In this document: piece after piece, positions 10,316-17,707 of the stretch
Layout of the letters: each line of letters begins with the position of its first letter
How positions within the stretch are numbered: the first letter of the stretch is position 1
Source of the DNA: Candidatus Methylomirabilia bacterium
GTDB lineage: Bacteria; Methylomirabilota; Methylomirabilia; Rokubacteriales; CSP1-6
Assembly: GCA_041497895.1 (NCBI GenBank)
Contig: JBGQHJ010000085.1
Location: 1 to 21,769 of the forward strand
DNA length: 21,769 nt
Direction of reading: 5' to 3'
Program-made: the position numbers and the translations under genes
Notes under the pieces: model-generated
Databases searched by the model: none
What the model was told of the DNA's origin: nothing
The model's input: only the letters and a program-made list of their open reading frames with translations

Positions 10316-11163
10316 GCCCGACCCGCGTCGCGCGGCGACTCTCCACCGTCGGGCTGACGCTGCTGGCGGTCGCCGCCGCGCTCGCGGGGTGGGCCGTGCT
10401 CATCGAGCCCGGGTGGGTGGTGACGCGCGAGACCAGGTTGACGATCGCGCGCTGGCCCGCCGCGCTCGGCCCGCTGCGGATCGTGGCGCTCTCCGACCTG
10501 CACACCGGCGCGCCGCACGTCACGGTCGACAAGCTCACCGAGATCGTGGTGCGGGCGAACGCGGAGCATCCGGACCTGATCGTGCTGCTCGGTGACTACG
10601 TGATCCACGGGGTGATCGGCGGGCGCTTCGTCGAGCCCGAGCGGACCGCGGCCGCGCTGCGCGGCCTCGCGGCCCCGCTCGGGGTCTTCGCGGTCCTAGG
10701 CAATCACGACTGGTGGTACGACGGCGGCCGGGTGGGCCGCGCGCTCGCGGAGGCGGGCATCCGGGTGCTCGAGGACAGCGCCGCGCCGGTCGAGACCCGC
10801 GGCGGCCCGCTCTGGATCGCGGGGGTGAGCGATCTCTACACGCGCCGCGCCGACGTCGGCCGCGCGCTCGCCGCGGTGCCCGAGGGCGCGCCGGTGATCG
10901 TGCTCACGCACAATCCGGACGTCTTCGTGCGCATCCCGCCCCGGGTGCTGCTCACCCTCGCCGCCCACACCCACGGCGGCCAGGTGAACCTGCCGATCTT
11001 CGGCCGCCTCATCGTCCCCTCGCAGTTCGGCGAGCGCTTCGCCATCGGGCACGTGCACGAGGACGTCCGTGATCTCTTCGTGACGCCGGGCATCGGCACC
11101 AGCATCGTGCCGGTGCGCTTCGGGGTGCCGCCGGAGATCTCGGTGCTCACGGTGGGCCGGTGA
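10312..11163 (+). CDS. Membrane-anchored metallophosphoesterase (YkuE/YaeI-like, calcineurin-like fold)
   Basis: Motifs SDLH, LGDY, LGNHD, THNPD and AHTHGGQ, with an N-terminal hydrophobic helix. Start uncertain: in-frame CTG 10312 overlaps the upstream TGA and follows GGGAG; the next canonical start is GTG 10396. Confidence 0.88.
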   Translation: MSPTRVARRLSTVGLTLLAVAAALAGWAVLIEPGWVVTRETRLTIARWPAALGPLRIVALSDLHTGAPHVTVDKLTEIVVRANAEHPDLIVLLGDYVIHGVIGGRFVEPERTAAALRGLAAPLGVFAVLGNHDWWYDGGRVGRALAEAGIRVLEDSAAPVETRGGPLWIAGVSDLYTRRADVGRALAAVPEGAPVIVLTHNPDVFVRIPPRVLLTLAAHTHGGQVNLPIFGRLIVPSQFGERFAIGHVHEDVRDLFVTPGIGTSIVPVRFGVPPEISVLTVGR

Positions 11164-13238
11164 GGGCGCTCTCCCGCAGCGGGCGCAAGCGCCTGCTCGC
11201 GAGCTGCGTGCCCGCGGCGGGGGTGGCGCTGGTGCTGGCCGCGGCCTGCCTCTGGGGCCTACTCGCGGGCTCGCGGGCCCACATGGGGGACCTGCTGTTC
11301 GCGGCGCGCCCGGCGCAGGCCGCGCGCTCCACCGTCATCGTCGGCATCGACCAGAAGAGCTACCAGGCGCTGCTGCCCCGCCACGGCCCGCTGTCCGCGT
11401 GGCCGCGCACGCTCTACGCGCGGGCGCTGGACGCGCTCGCGACCGCGAGCCCGCGGGTCATCGCCTTCGCGATCTTCTTCGACGCCTCGCGGCCCGAGGA
11501 CGAGGCCCTCGCCGAGGCGATGCGCCGGGCCGACAACGTGATCGTGCCGGTGGTGGCCCAGGGGCCGCGGGCCTTCGATCCGCGGCCCGGCGTGGCCCAG
11601 GATTTCGAGGCCTTCGTGCGGCCCGCCGAGACCGTGCGCCGCGGCGCCCGCGACGAGGGCCTCGCCAACATCACCACCGGCCAGGACAGCGTGGTGCGGA
11701 GCCTGCCCCTCCTGCTGCGCGCGGGCGGTGAGGAGGTGCCGAGCCTGCCGCTCACCATCGTCGCCCACTTCACGCGGCGCCCCACGGTACTGGACGGCCC
11801 GCCGACCGCCTGGCACGTGCACGCGGCCGGGCGCGCGATCCCGGTGGCCGAGCACGACACCATGCTGATCGACTTCCTCGGCCCGCCGTCGGAGCCGTCC
11901 GGGGGCGGCTCGTTCCGGATCGTCTCGTTCGTGGACGTGCTCGAGGGCCGCTTCGATCCCGCCCTGATCCGGGACCACATCGTGCTCCTCGGCCCCACCA
12001 TCCGCGGGGTGGACGAGCACGCCACGCCCACCACCGGCGACACCCGCATGTGGGGCGTGGAGATCCTCGGCAACGCGGTGGAGACCGTCCTCCACCAGCG
12101 TTTCCTGGTCCCGGCCGCGCCCGCGCTGACGGTGGCCCTGATCGGGCTCATGGCGATGGTCGCTGCCCTCGTGGTGGCGGCGTGGCGCCCGTTGCCCGCC
12201 GGCCTCGCGGTGGCGGGCGGGCTCGCCCTCTACGGCACCGCGGCCGCAGTGCTCTTCGAGCGCGGGCTGGTGCTGGACCTGGTGTACCCGCCCGCCGCGC
12301 TCCTGGTCAGCTTCGCGGCCGCGCTCTCCTCCCGCCTGGTGATAGAGCAGGCGGAGCAACGAATGGTGCGCGAGGCGATGGGGCGCTACCTCTCGCCGGT
12401 GGTGAGCCAGTGGGTGCTGGACGACCCCGACCGCCTGCGGCTGGGCGGCGAGACGCGCGAGATGACGGTGCTGTTCAGCGACCTGCGGAGCTTCACCACC
12501 CTCGCCCACGCGCTGCCGCCCCAGACGCTCGTCGCCCTGCTCAACCGGTACCGCGCCGAGATGGCCGACGTGGTCTTCCGCCACGACGGCGTGCTCGCCC
12601 AGTACGCGGGCGACGCCATCGAGGCCTTCTGGAACGCTCCGATGGACCAGGCCGACCACGCCCGCCGCGCCTGCGAGACCGCGCTCGACATGGTCGCGTC
12701 CCTCGCGGTCCTCCGGCCCGCGTTCGAGGCGCGGGGCTGGGCGCACCTCGATATCGGGGTGGGGATCAACACCGGGCAGATGGTGGTGGGCAACATGGGC
12801 TCGAAGGATCGGCTGATCTACACCGCGGTCGGCGATCCGGTCAACGTGGCCGCGCGGCTCGAGGGGCTCTCGAAGGAATACGGGGTGCGGGTGGTGGTCG
12901 GCGAGGCCACCGTGGCCGCGGCCCCGGACGCCTTCGCGTACCGCCTCCTCGACCTGGTGGCGGTGAAGGGCCGCGCCGAGCCGCTCCGATGCTACGAAGT
13001 GCTGGCCCGCGCGGGCGCGCTTCCCCCGGCCGGACTGCAGATGCTCGCGCGCTACCACGACGCCCTCGCGCTCTATCGCGCGCGCCGGTGGGAGGAGGCG
13101 CTGCGGCTGCTCGACGAGCTCGCGCGGGAAGCGCCCGCCGACGGACCGATCGCGCTCTACCGGCGGCGGGCGCGCGCCCTGCTCGCGGCCCCGCCGCCCG
13201 AGGACTGGGACGGCGTCTTCGTCGCCGAGTGGAAGTAG
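11160..13238 (+). CDS. CHASE2-domain class III adenylate/guanylate-cyclase-family protein with a C-terminal TPR-like tail
   Basis: GTGA overlap with the upstream gene. CHASE2 motifs (IVGIDQ, WPRTLYA, DSVVRSLPL, GVEILGNAV), three TM helices, cyclase motifs VLFSDLRSFT, GDA, IGVGINTG, VGNMGS, YTAVGDPVNVAARLEG, VKGR, and a WDGVF tail. Confidence 0.93.
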   Translation: MRALSRSGRKRLLASCVPAAGVALVLAAACLWGLLAGSRAHMGDLLFAARPAQAARSTVIVGIDQKSYQALLPRHGPLSAWPRTLYARALDALATASPRVIAFAIFFDASRPEDEALAEAMRRADNVIVPVVAQGPRAFDPRPGVAQDFEAFVRPAETVRRGARDEGLANITTGQDSVVRSLPLLLRAGGEEVPSLPLTIVAHFTRRPTVLDGPPTAWHVHAAGRAIPVAEHDTMLIDFLGPPSEPSGGGSFRIVSFVDVLEGRFDPALIRDHIVLLGPTIRGVDEHATPTTGDTRMWGVEILGNAVETVLHQRFLVPAAPALTVALIGLMAMVAALVVAAWRPLPAGLAVAGGLALYGTAAAVLFERGLVLDLVYPPAALLVSFAAALSSRLVIEQAEQRMVREAMGRYLSPVVSQWVLDDPDRLRLGGETREMTVLFSDLRSFTTLAHALPPQTLVALLNRYRAEMADVVFRHDGVLAQYAGDAIEAFWNAPMDQADHARRACETALDMVASLAVLRPAFEARGWAHLDIGVGINTGQMVVGNMGSKDRLIYTAVGDPVNVAARLEGLSKEYGVRVVVGEATVAAAPDAFAYRLLDLVAVKGRAEPLRCYEVLARAGALPPAGLQMLARYHDALALYRARRWEEALRLLDELAREAPADGPIALYRRRARALLAAPPPEDWDGVFVAEWK

Positions 13239-13241
13239 CGG

Positions 13242-14315
13242 CTACCGGCGCGGCGCGGCCAGCTCGAGCGCCGAGAGGGGCACCGGGACGGGCCGGGTCA
13301 CGTCGGGCCGCAGCTCGGTCATCCCGGCGCTTCCGGCCCGCGCGGTGCGAGGATCGAGCGTGCCGCCCGCGGGCGCGTCCATGATCTGGATCACCTCGGC
13401 CCGCAGGCCCTGGCCGTGGTGCGCGGCGCCGGCTCGCTCGTACCGGTAGGTCACCGCGCCCTGGTGGCGCCCCACGACCGTCAGGGTGAACGGGCCGTCG
13501 CCCACCGCGGCCAGCGTGACGACGAAGGGCCCCGCGACGCCGGCCGGCACGTCCACGCTGCGCGCGCCGCCCGCGGCCGTGGCGGTGAGCGAGCCGAACA
13601 CCTGGTTGATCTCGACGCCGGGCGGGACGAAACCGGCGAGCCGCGTGCCATCCGGCATCGTCACGAGCGGCAGCACCGGACCCGACGTGGCGATCTCGAG
13701 CGTGCTGCGGTTCACCGCGAAGCCCTCGGTCTGGACCGGGCCGCCGGGGGTCAGGGTGGCCTTCTGGCCCGGGCGCAGCCGCGCCACCGGGCCGGCGGGC
13801 CCGGTCACGTCGAGATCGCCCGCCCGGGTCCAGCAGACGAACGGCCCGCTCACCTGCTGCTGGGCGCCGATGAGCCCATCGTGGGCGGTGGCGCTGTAGG
13901 CGTTGGATTCGAGCGTGAGCGTCGTGCGACCGCCGAGCCAGCCGGCCACCCGGGCCCAGACGGTGCCGACCGTGACGAGCAGGCCGACCCGCGAGGCGTC
14001 GCGCCCGTCCATCTGCGCCTGCCGCACCGTCACGTCGGAGGCGGGCTCCACCGTCACCGTGCTGCCGTCGAGGAAGGTGATGAGGGCGCGCCCGGCCGGT
14101 CCGGTGACCACGCGGTCGCCAACCGCGAGGTCGGCGCCGCTCCCCACCGCGCCGGGCCGGTCCGCTCCGGTGCCCACCCGCTCCACCGACGCGCTCAGGA
14201 CGGTCAGGGTGGCCGCGGTCGAGACGACGGCCGGGCGCTCCTGCCCCGCCGCCGCCGCGGCGACGGCCAGGAGCGCGACCGATGCCAGGACGGCCAGCCG
14301 GTGGGGGCGCGCCAT
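13242..14315 (-). CDS. Exported FecR-domain protein with a C-terminal beta-rich extension
   Basis: Signal peptide MARPHRLAVLASVALLAVAAAAA and FecR-type motif LAVGDRVVTGPAGRALITFLDGSTVTV..GTVWARV. Start 14315 is supported by TATGAT 7 nt upstream (ORF track start 14396). Confidence 0.8.
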   Translation of the reverse strand: MARPHRLAVLASVALLAVAAAAAGQERPAVVSTAATLTVLSASVERVGTGADRPGAVGSGADLAVGDRVVTGPAGRALITFLDGSTVTVEPASDVTVRQAQMDGRDASRVGLLVTVGTVWARVAGWLGGRTTLTLESNAYSATAHDGLIGAQQQVSGPFVCWTRAGDLDVTGPAGPVARLRPGQKATLTPGGPVQTEGFAVNRSTLEIATSGPVLPLVTMPDGTRLAGFVPPGVEINQVFGSLTATAAGGARSVDVPAGVAGPFVVTLAAVGDGPFTLTVVGRHQGAVTYRYERAGAAHHGQGLRAEVIQIMDAPAGGTLDPRTARAGSAGMTELRPDVTRPVPVPLSALELAAPRR

Positions 14316-14322
14316 CGCGCTC

Positions 14323-14328
14323 ATCATA
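14323..14328 (-). promoter_or_regulatory. Putative -10 element (TATGAT), leaderless FecR-domain gene
   Basis: TATGAT on the minus strand, 7 nt before ATG 14315. Confidence 0.55.
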
Positions 14329-14469
14329 CCCGGTGTCTCATGGCGATCCCCCGGCCCGCGGGGCTTTGCGCGGGCGGAACCGCCGGCCGTTGCCACACCG
14401 CCTTGTCAGAAAAATTCGTCTCCTTCAGGCTGGAAGGGTCCGATCCTTCACCGAATGAGGGAGGAACGC

Positions 14470-15075
14470 ATGGCCGGACCAGACTTACCCTCCATCATCA
14501 CATCGGCGGTCACCCCGCGAGTCCTTCGGCCTCGGAACGATCTGCGCGAGTCGGGGTGGATGTTCTGGGAGCTGCGCACCCTCAACATGCACCGCGTCGT
14601 CGGACTTCTGCAACAGTACCGGCAGTTCGCCGGCGCGCACGACTTCGAATCGACCATCCGCGGAGCCGCAGCGCGCAACTTCAAGTGTTCGTGGTGGCGC
14701 GGGATGGGCCTGGGGGTCGTTGCGCAGGTCGCGGCGATTCCTTTGAGCGTCGACGACTTGAAAGTCCTGGTTGATGCCCGCGAGAACTCGAAGGGCACGA
14801 TGCAATGGGTCATCCTGGTAACCAGCGACCCGCACGTGGCGGTCGGCGTGCACACCTGGATGGAAACATACCTGAGCCCCGTGTACCGCAGCATCCTTCA
14901 GGGGCTGGCCGAGGCCGGGTATCGAGTCTCGAGTGTGACGAGAAACAAGGACGGCCTGATGAAGCTCCTCACGAGTGTCGCCGATCTCGAAGCCGCCCTG
15001 CTCAGCTTCGGGACCCAGAAGCGGGCCTTCCCGGAGTTCCGCGACGGTCTCCGGCACGATCCGCATCAGGCCTAG
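14470..15075 (+). CDS. Hypothetical protein, 201 aa, lower GC than its neighbours
   Basis: Strong SD (GAGGGAGG) before ATG 14470 and globular-looking composition. No family recognised. Confidence 0.75.
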   Translation: MAGPDLPSIITSAVTPRVLRPRNDLRESGWMFWELRTLNMHRVVGLLQQYRQFAGAHDFESTIRGAAARNFKCSWWRGMGLGVVAQVAAIPLSVDDLKVLVDARENSKGTMQWVILVTSDPHVAVGVHTWMETYLSPVYRSILQGLAEAGYRVSSVTRNKDGLMKLLTSVADLEAALLSFGTQKRAFPEFRDGLRHDPHQA

Positions 15076-15115
15076 CGAGACGTAGCGCGCGTAGCGGCGG
15101 GACGAGGATCGCGTG

Positions 15116-15121
15116 TATGAT
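15116..15121 (+). promoter_or_regulatory. Putative -10 element (TATGAT), leaderless LLM oxidoreductase gene
   Basis: TATGAT 8 nt before ATG 15130, with no SD. Confidence 0.55.
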
Positions 15122-15129
15122 GGCCCCCC

Positions 15130-16047
15130 ATGAAGCTCGGGTTCTCGCTGCCCACCGCCGGGGCCTGGGCTACGCCGGAGAATCAGATCCGCGTCGCGCG
15201 GCAGGCCGAGGCGCTCGGCTACCACTCCCTCTGGGTCTTCCAGCGCCTGCTCTACGCGATCGAGCCGAAGAACGAGTACCCGCCGGTGCCGGGCAAGACG
15301 TGGCCCAAGCCGTTCGAGCGCGTGTTCGATCCCATCGTCACGCTGGCCTACGTGGCCGCGGCCACCTCGCGCATCCGCCTCGGCACGAGCGTGCTGATCA
15401 TGCCGTTCTACACCCCGGTCGTCCTGGCCAAGCAGCTCGCCACACTCGACGTGCTCTCGGGCGGCCGGCTCGACGTGGGGCTGGGCCTCGGCTGGTCGGA
15501 GGACGAGTACGAGGCGGTCGGGGTGCCGTACAAGGCGCGCGGCCGGCGCGGCGACGAGTTCCTGCGCTGCCTCGACATGATCTGGACCCAGGACGTGATC
15601 GAGTTCCACGGCGAGTTCTACAACATCCCGCGCTGCCGGGTGGAGCCGAAGCCGGTGCAGAAGCCGCGCCCGCCGATCACGATCGGCGGCTACGGTAGCA
15701 CCGTGGTCCGCCGCGCGGTCGAGCTGGGCGACGGCTTCAACGGCGGCAACGTGCCGATGGCGAGCGTGGCCCCGCTGGTCCGTGAGGTGCGGGAGGCGGC
15801 CGCCGCCGGGGGCCGGGATCCGGCGTCGCTGCACATCGTCTGCCGCGGCTCCTACTGCCTGCACGACGCGCCGCAGGGCCCGGACCGGCGGCCCCTCTGG
15901 GGCACGCTCGACGAGATCCGCGAGGACATCGGGCGCTACGCGGACGCGGGCCTCACCGAGCTCTTCCTCGAGGGCAACTTCGCGCCGGGCGGGCCCTCCC
16001 TCGAGCCGACCCTCGAGGTGATGACCCGCCTCGCCCCCGGCGGCTAG
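15130..16047 (+). CDS. Luciferase-like (LLM class) flavin/F420-dependent oxidoreductase, Rv2161c-like
   Basis: AEALGYHSLWV, DPIVTLAYVAAATSRIRLGTSVL, LAKQLATLDVLSGGRL.VGLGLGW and PKPVQKPRPPITIGG. The cofactor is not determinable by eye. Confidence 0.9.
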   Translation: MKLGFSLPTAGAWATPENQIRVARQAEALGYHSLWVFQRLLYAIEPKNEYPPVPGKTWPKPFERVFDPIVTLAYVAAATSRIRLGTSVLIMPFYTPVVLAKQLATLDVLSGGRLDVGLGLGWSEDEYEAVGVPYKARGRRGDEFLRCLDMIWTQDVIEFHGEFYNIPRCRVEPKPVQKPRPPITIGGYGSTVVRRAVELGDGFNGGNVPMASVAPLVREVREAAAAGGRDPASLHIVCRGSYCLHDAPQGPDRRPLWGTLDEIREDIGRYADAGLTELFLEGNFAPGGPSLEPTLEVMTRLAPGG

Positions 16048-16066
16048 CCTCGCGCGCGGCATCGGA

Positions 16067-16525
16067 TCAGCCGGCCAGGAGCCGCGCGATGGCGCGGCGG
16101 CGGAAGTCGAAGATCGCGCGGAGCTGACGGCGGATCGCGATCCGATGGATGAGGGCGCCCACCGGCCCGGGCGGGGGCGCGTAGACGACGAAGTCCTCGA
16201 TCACCGTCTCCCCCGCCTCCCGCCAGAACCGATGCCGATGATCCCAGAGGCGATACGGCCCGATCACCTGCTCGTCCCGGAAGGAGAACGGCGGATCGTA
16301 CTCGCTGATGATCGAGCGCCAGTGCCGCCGCATCCCGAAGACGCGCACCTGATGGTCCACGGTGAGCCCGCGGCGCATGACGATGGTCGGGCGTGAGGAT
16401 CCGGAACCCGAGCCACGGTGGAGTGATCAGCGGCAGGTTGCGGGGCTGCTCGAAGAAGTCGAAGGTCTCGCGCAGGAACCGCGGCGCTGCCGCCGGTGGA
16501 GGGTGTAGACGGGCCGTGGACACAC
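16067..16525 (-). pseudogene. SRPBCC-family protein with two frameshifts
   Basis: GTG 16525 gives MCPRPVYTLHRRQR. A shift near 16485 leads to PRFLRETFDFFEQPRNLPLITPPWLGFRILTP. A shift near 16388 returns to IVMRRGLTVDHQV..FRDEQVIGPYRLWDHRHRF..IFDFRRRAI. The start frame hits TGA between the two shifts. Confidence 0.75.
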
Positions 16526-16532
16526 GCGGGAA

Positions 16533-16538
16533 AGTGTA
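16533..16538 (-). promoter_or_regulatory. Putative -10 element (TACACT) for the SRPBCC gene
   Basis: TACACT 7 nt before GTG 16525. Confidence 0.5.
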
Positions 16539-16618
16539 GCGTTCAAGTGATCGCCCCTTCCGGCCGATCAACGACCACAGACCGCGCGGTGGCGCCATCG
16601 CGCGGAGCCCGGCACCTC

Positions 16619-16726
16619 CACGAATTGTGGCGCGGAGCCTCCGAGGCTCCGCAGTGTGAAGCTCCACGCAGGCCTTCGCGCATCGCCACGGGCCCTCGCT
16701 CGCACTTCGCTCGCGCACGATTCGTG
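16619..16726. repeat. Structured intergenic element with imperfect terminal inverted repeats and an internal perfect hairpin (REP/MITE/ncRNA-like)
   Basis: CACGAATTGTGGCGCG (16619-16634) versus CGCGCACGATTCGTG (16712-16726). GCGGAGCCT-ccg-AGGCTCCGC 9-bp stem at 16632-16652. Confidence 0.45.
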
Positions 16727-16786
16727 ACGTAAGTCCGGTACGTTGGACCGCACGTGGCAGCCCAAGGCCCCCGTCGGCCCGGGCGG

Positions 16787-16801
16787 TGGCATCCTCGTTG
16801 C
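16787..16801 (+). promoter_or_regulatory. Sigma54 (-24/-12) promoter of pilin 1
   Basis: TGGCAT-cctcg-TTGC matches the TGGCAC-N5-TTGC consensus with correct spacing. Confidence 0.75.
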
Positions 16802-16866
16802 CCTTACTCCTCCCCGTACGCACTGTGTGGCCGCGATTGCGGCCCGATCATCGAGGAGGAGACGAT

Positions 16867-17367
16867 ATGAACCGCACGGCTCGAGTCGCACTGATCTTCG
16901 GCGGACTGGTCTTCGGTCTGGCCGCTCCCGCGCTGGCCCAGACGGCCACCGCCAACCTCTCGGTCACCGCCACCGTCGCCAAGAACTGTAGCATCACCAC
17001 CACCGCAGTGGCCTTCGGCAGCTACGATCCGATCGTCGCCAACGCCGCGACCCCGCTCGACGGCACCGGCAGCGTGGTCGTGACCTGCACGAAGGGCGCG
17101 GGCACGCGCATCGACCTGGGCCTGGGCAGCAACGCGGCGGCCAGCGTGCGGCGCATGCTGGGCGGCACCGACCTGCTGACCTACGAGCTCTACACCGACA
17201 GCGGCCGCAGCACCGTCTGGGGCTCTGGCGCCGGCGCGGGCCAGACCATCGCCACGGCCCCCAACAAGAACCCCCGGACGTTCACGGTCTACGGGCGCGT
17301 CCCGGCCGGCCAGGACGTCGGGGCTGCTTCGTATGCGGACACGGTCGTCGCCACCATCAACTTCTGA
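16867..17367 (+). CDS. Spore coat protein U (SCPU)/Csu-type major pilin 1, 166 aa
   Basis: SD GAGGAG, signal peptide ending ALA-Q, donor-strand N-terminus, two Cys (NCSI, TCTKG), FGSYD, LTYELY..R.TVWG, TVYGRV.AGQ and Y.DTVVATINF. Confidence 0.92.
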   Translation: MNRTARVALIFGGLVFGLAAPALAQTATANLSVTATVAKNCSITTTAVAFGSYDPIVANAATPLDGTGSVVVTCTKGAGTRIDLGLGSNAAASVRRMLGGTDLLTYELYTDSGRSTVWGSGAGAGQTIATAPNKNPRTFTVYGRVPAGQDVGAASYADTVVATINF

Positions 17368-17385
17368 TCGAGCCGCGCAGCACCT

Positions 17386-17429
17386 CGGGAGCGCCGGTCG
17401 GCCGAATGCCGCCGGCGCTCTCGGCTTTT
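17386..17429 (+). terminator. Intrinsic terminator after pilin 1
   Basis: CGGGAGCGCCGG (17386-17397) pairs with CCGGCGCTCTCG (17412-17423), with inner CGGC/GCCG, followed by GCTTTT. Confidence 0.65.
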
Positions 17430-17459
17430 GCGGGAGCGGGTCTACAAGAAATGGAGGCT

Positions 17460-17480
17460 CCCCCCCACCCCCACCCCCCC
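17460..17480 (-). other. G7-T-G5-T-G7 tract (G-quadruplex-capable homopolymer run) flanked by TGGAGGCT direct repeats
   Basis: Plus strand reads C7-A-C5-A-C7 at 17460-17480. TGGAGGCT occurs at 17452-17459 and 17485-17492. Confidence 0.55.
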
Positions 17481-17613
17481 TGTTTGGAGGCTTCCGCGCC
17501 CTTTCGGGGCCGGAGTCCCGCGCTCGATCGGCCGTCAATTGCTGCTTGATTTCGACGTGTTTCTGATAGGTTATGGCCCGATACGGTCCTCTCATCCCGC
17601 CCGGGGGGCTCGC

Positions 17614-17628
17614 TGGCACCGGTGTTGC
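17614..17628 (+). promoter_or_regulatory. Sigma54 (-24/-12) promoter of pilin 2 and the chaperone-usher operon
   Basis: TGGCAC-cggtg-TTGC, an exact TGGCAC-N5-TTGC match, preceded by an AT-richer stretch (about 17536-17574). Confidence 0.8.
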
Positions 17629-17707
17629 CCTAGTACTGGGTGTGCGCAACACCGGAGGCCGCGATGGGGCGGCCGCGATCTTCAAATACATACTGGGAGG
17701 AACCGAC

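Noticed and set aside
11160..13238. Pycsar anti-phage system
   Set aside because: The CHASE2-3TM receptor architecture and the absence of an adjacent cNMP-binding TIR/TM effector do not fit PycC operons.
15073..15097. Three TAGCG copies after the orphan stop
   Set aside because: Too short and irregularly spaced to support a repeat or att site.
16807..16861. CTCCTCC anti-SD pairing with the pilin 1 SD
   Set aside because: It lies at or upstream of the predicted sigma54 start (about 16813), so it is mostly not transcribed.
17536..17574. IHF site upstream of the second sigma54 promoter
   Set aside because: AATCAA is present on the minus strand but the TTR half of WATCAA-N4-TTR is missing; only AT-richness supports it.
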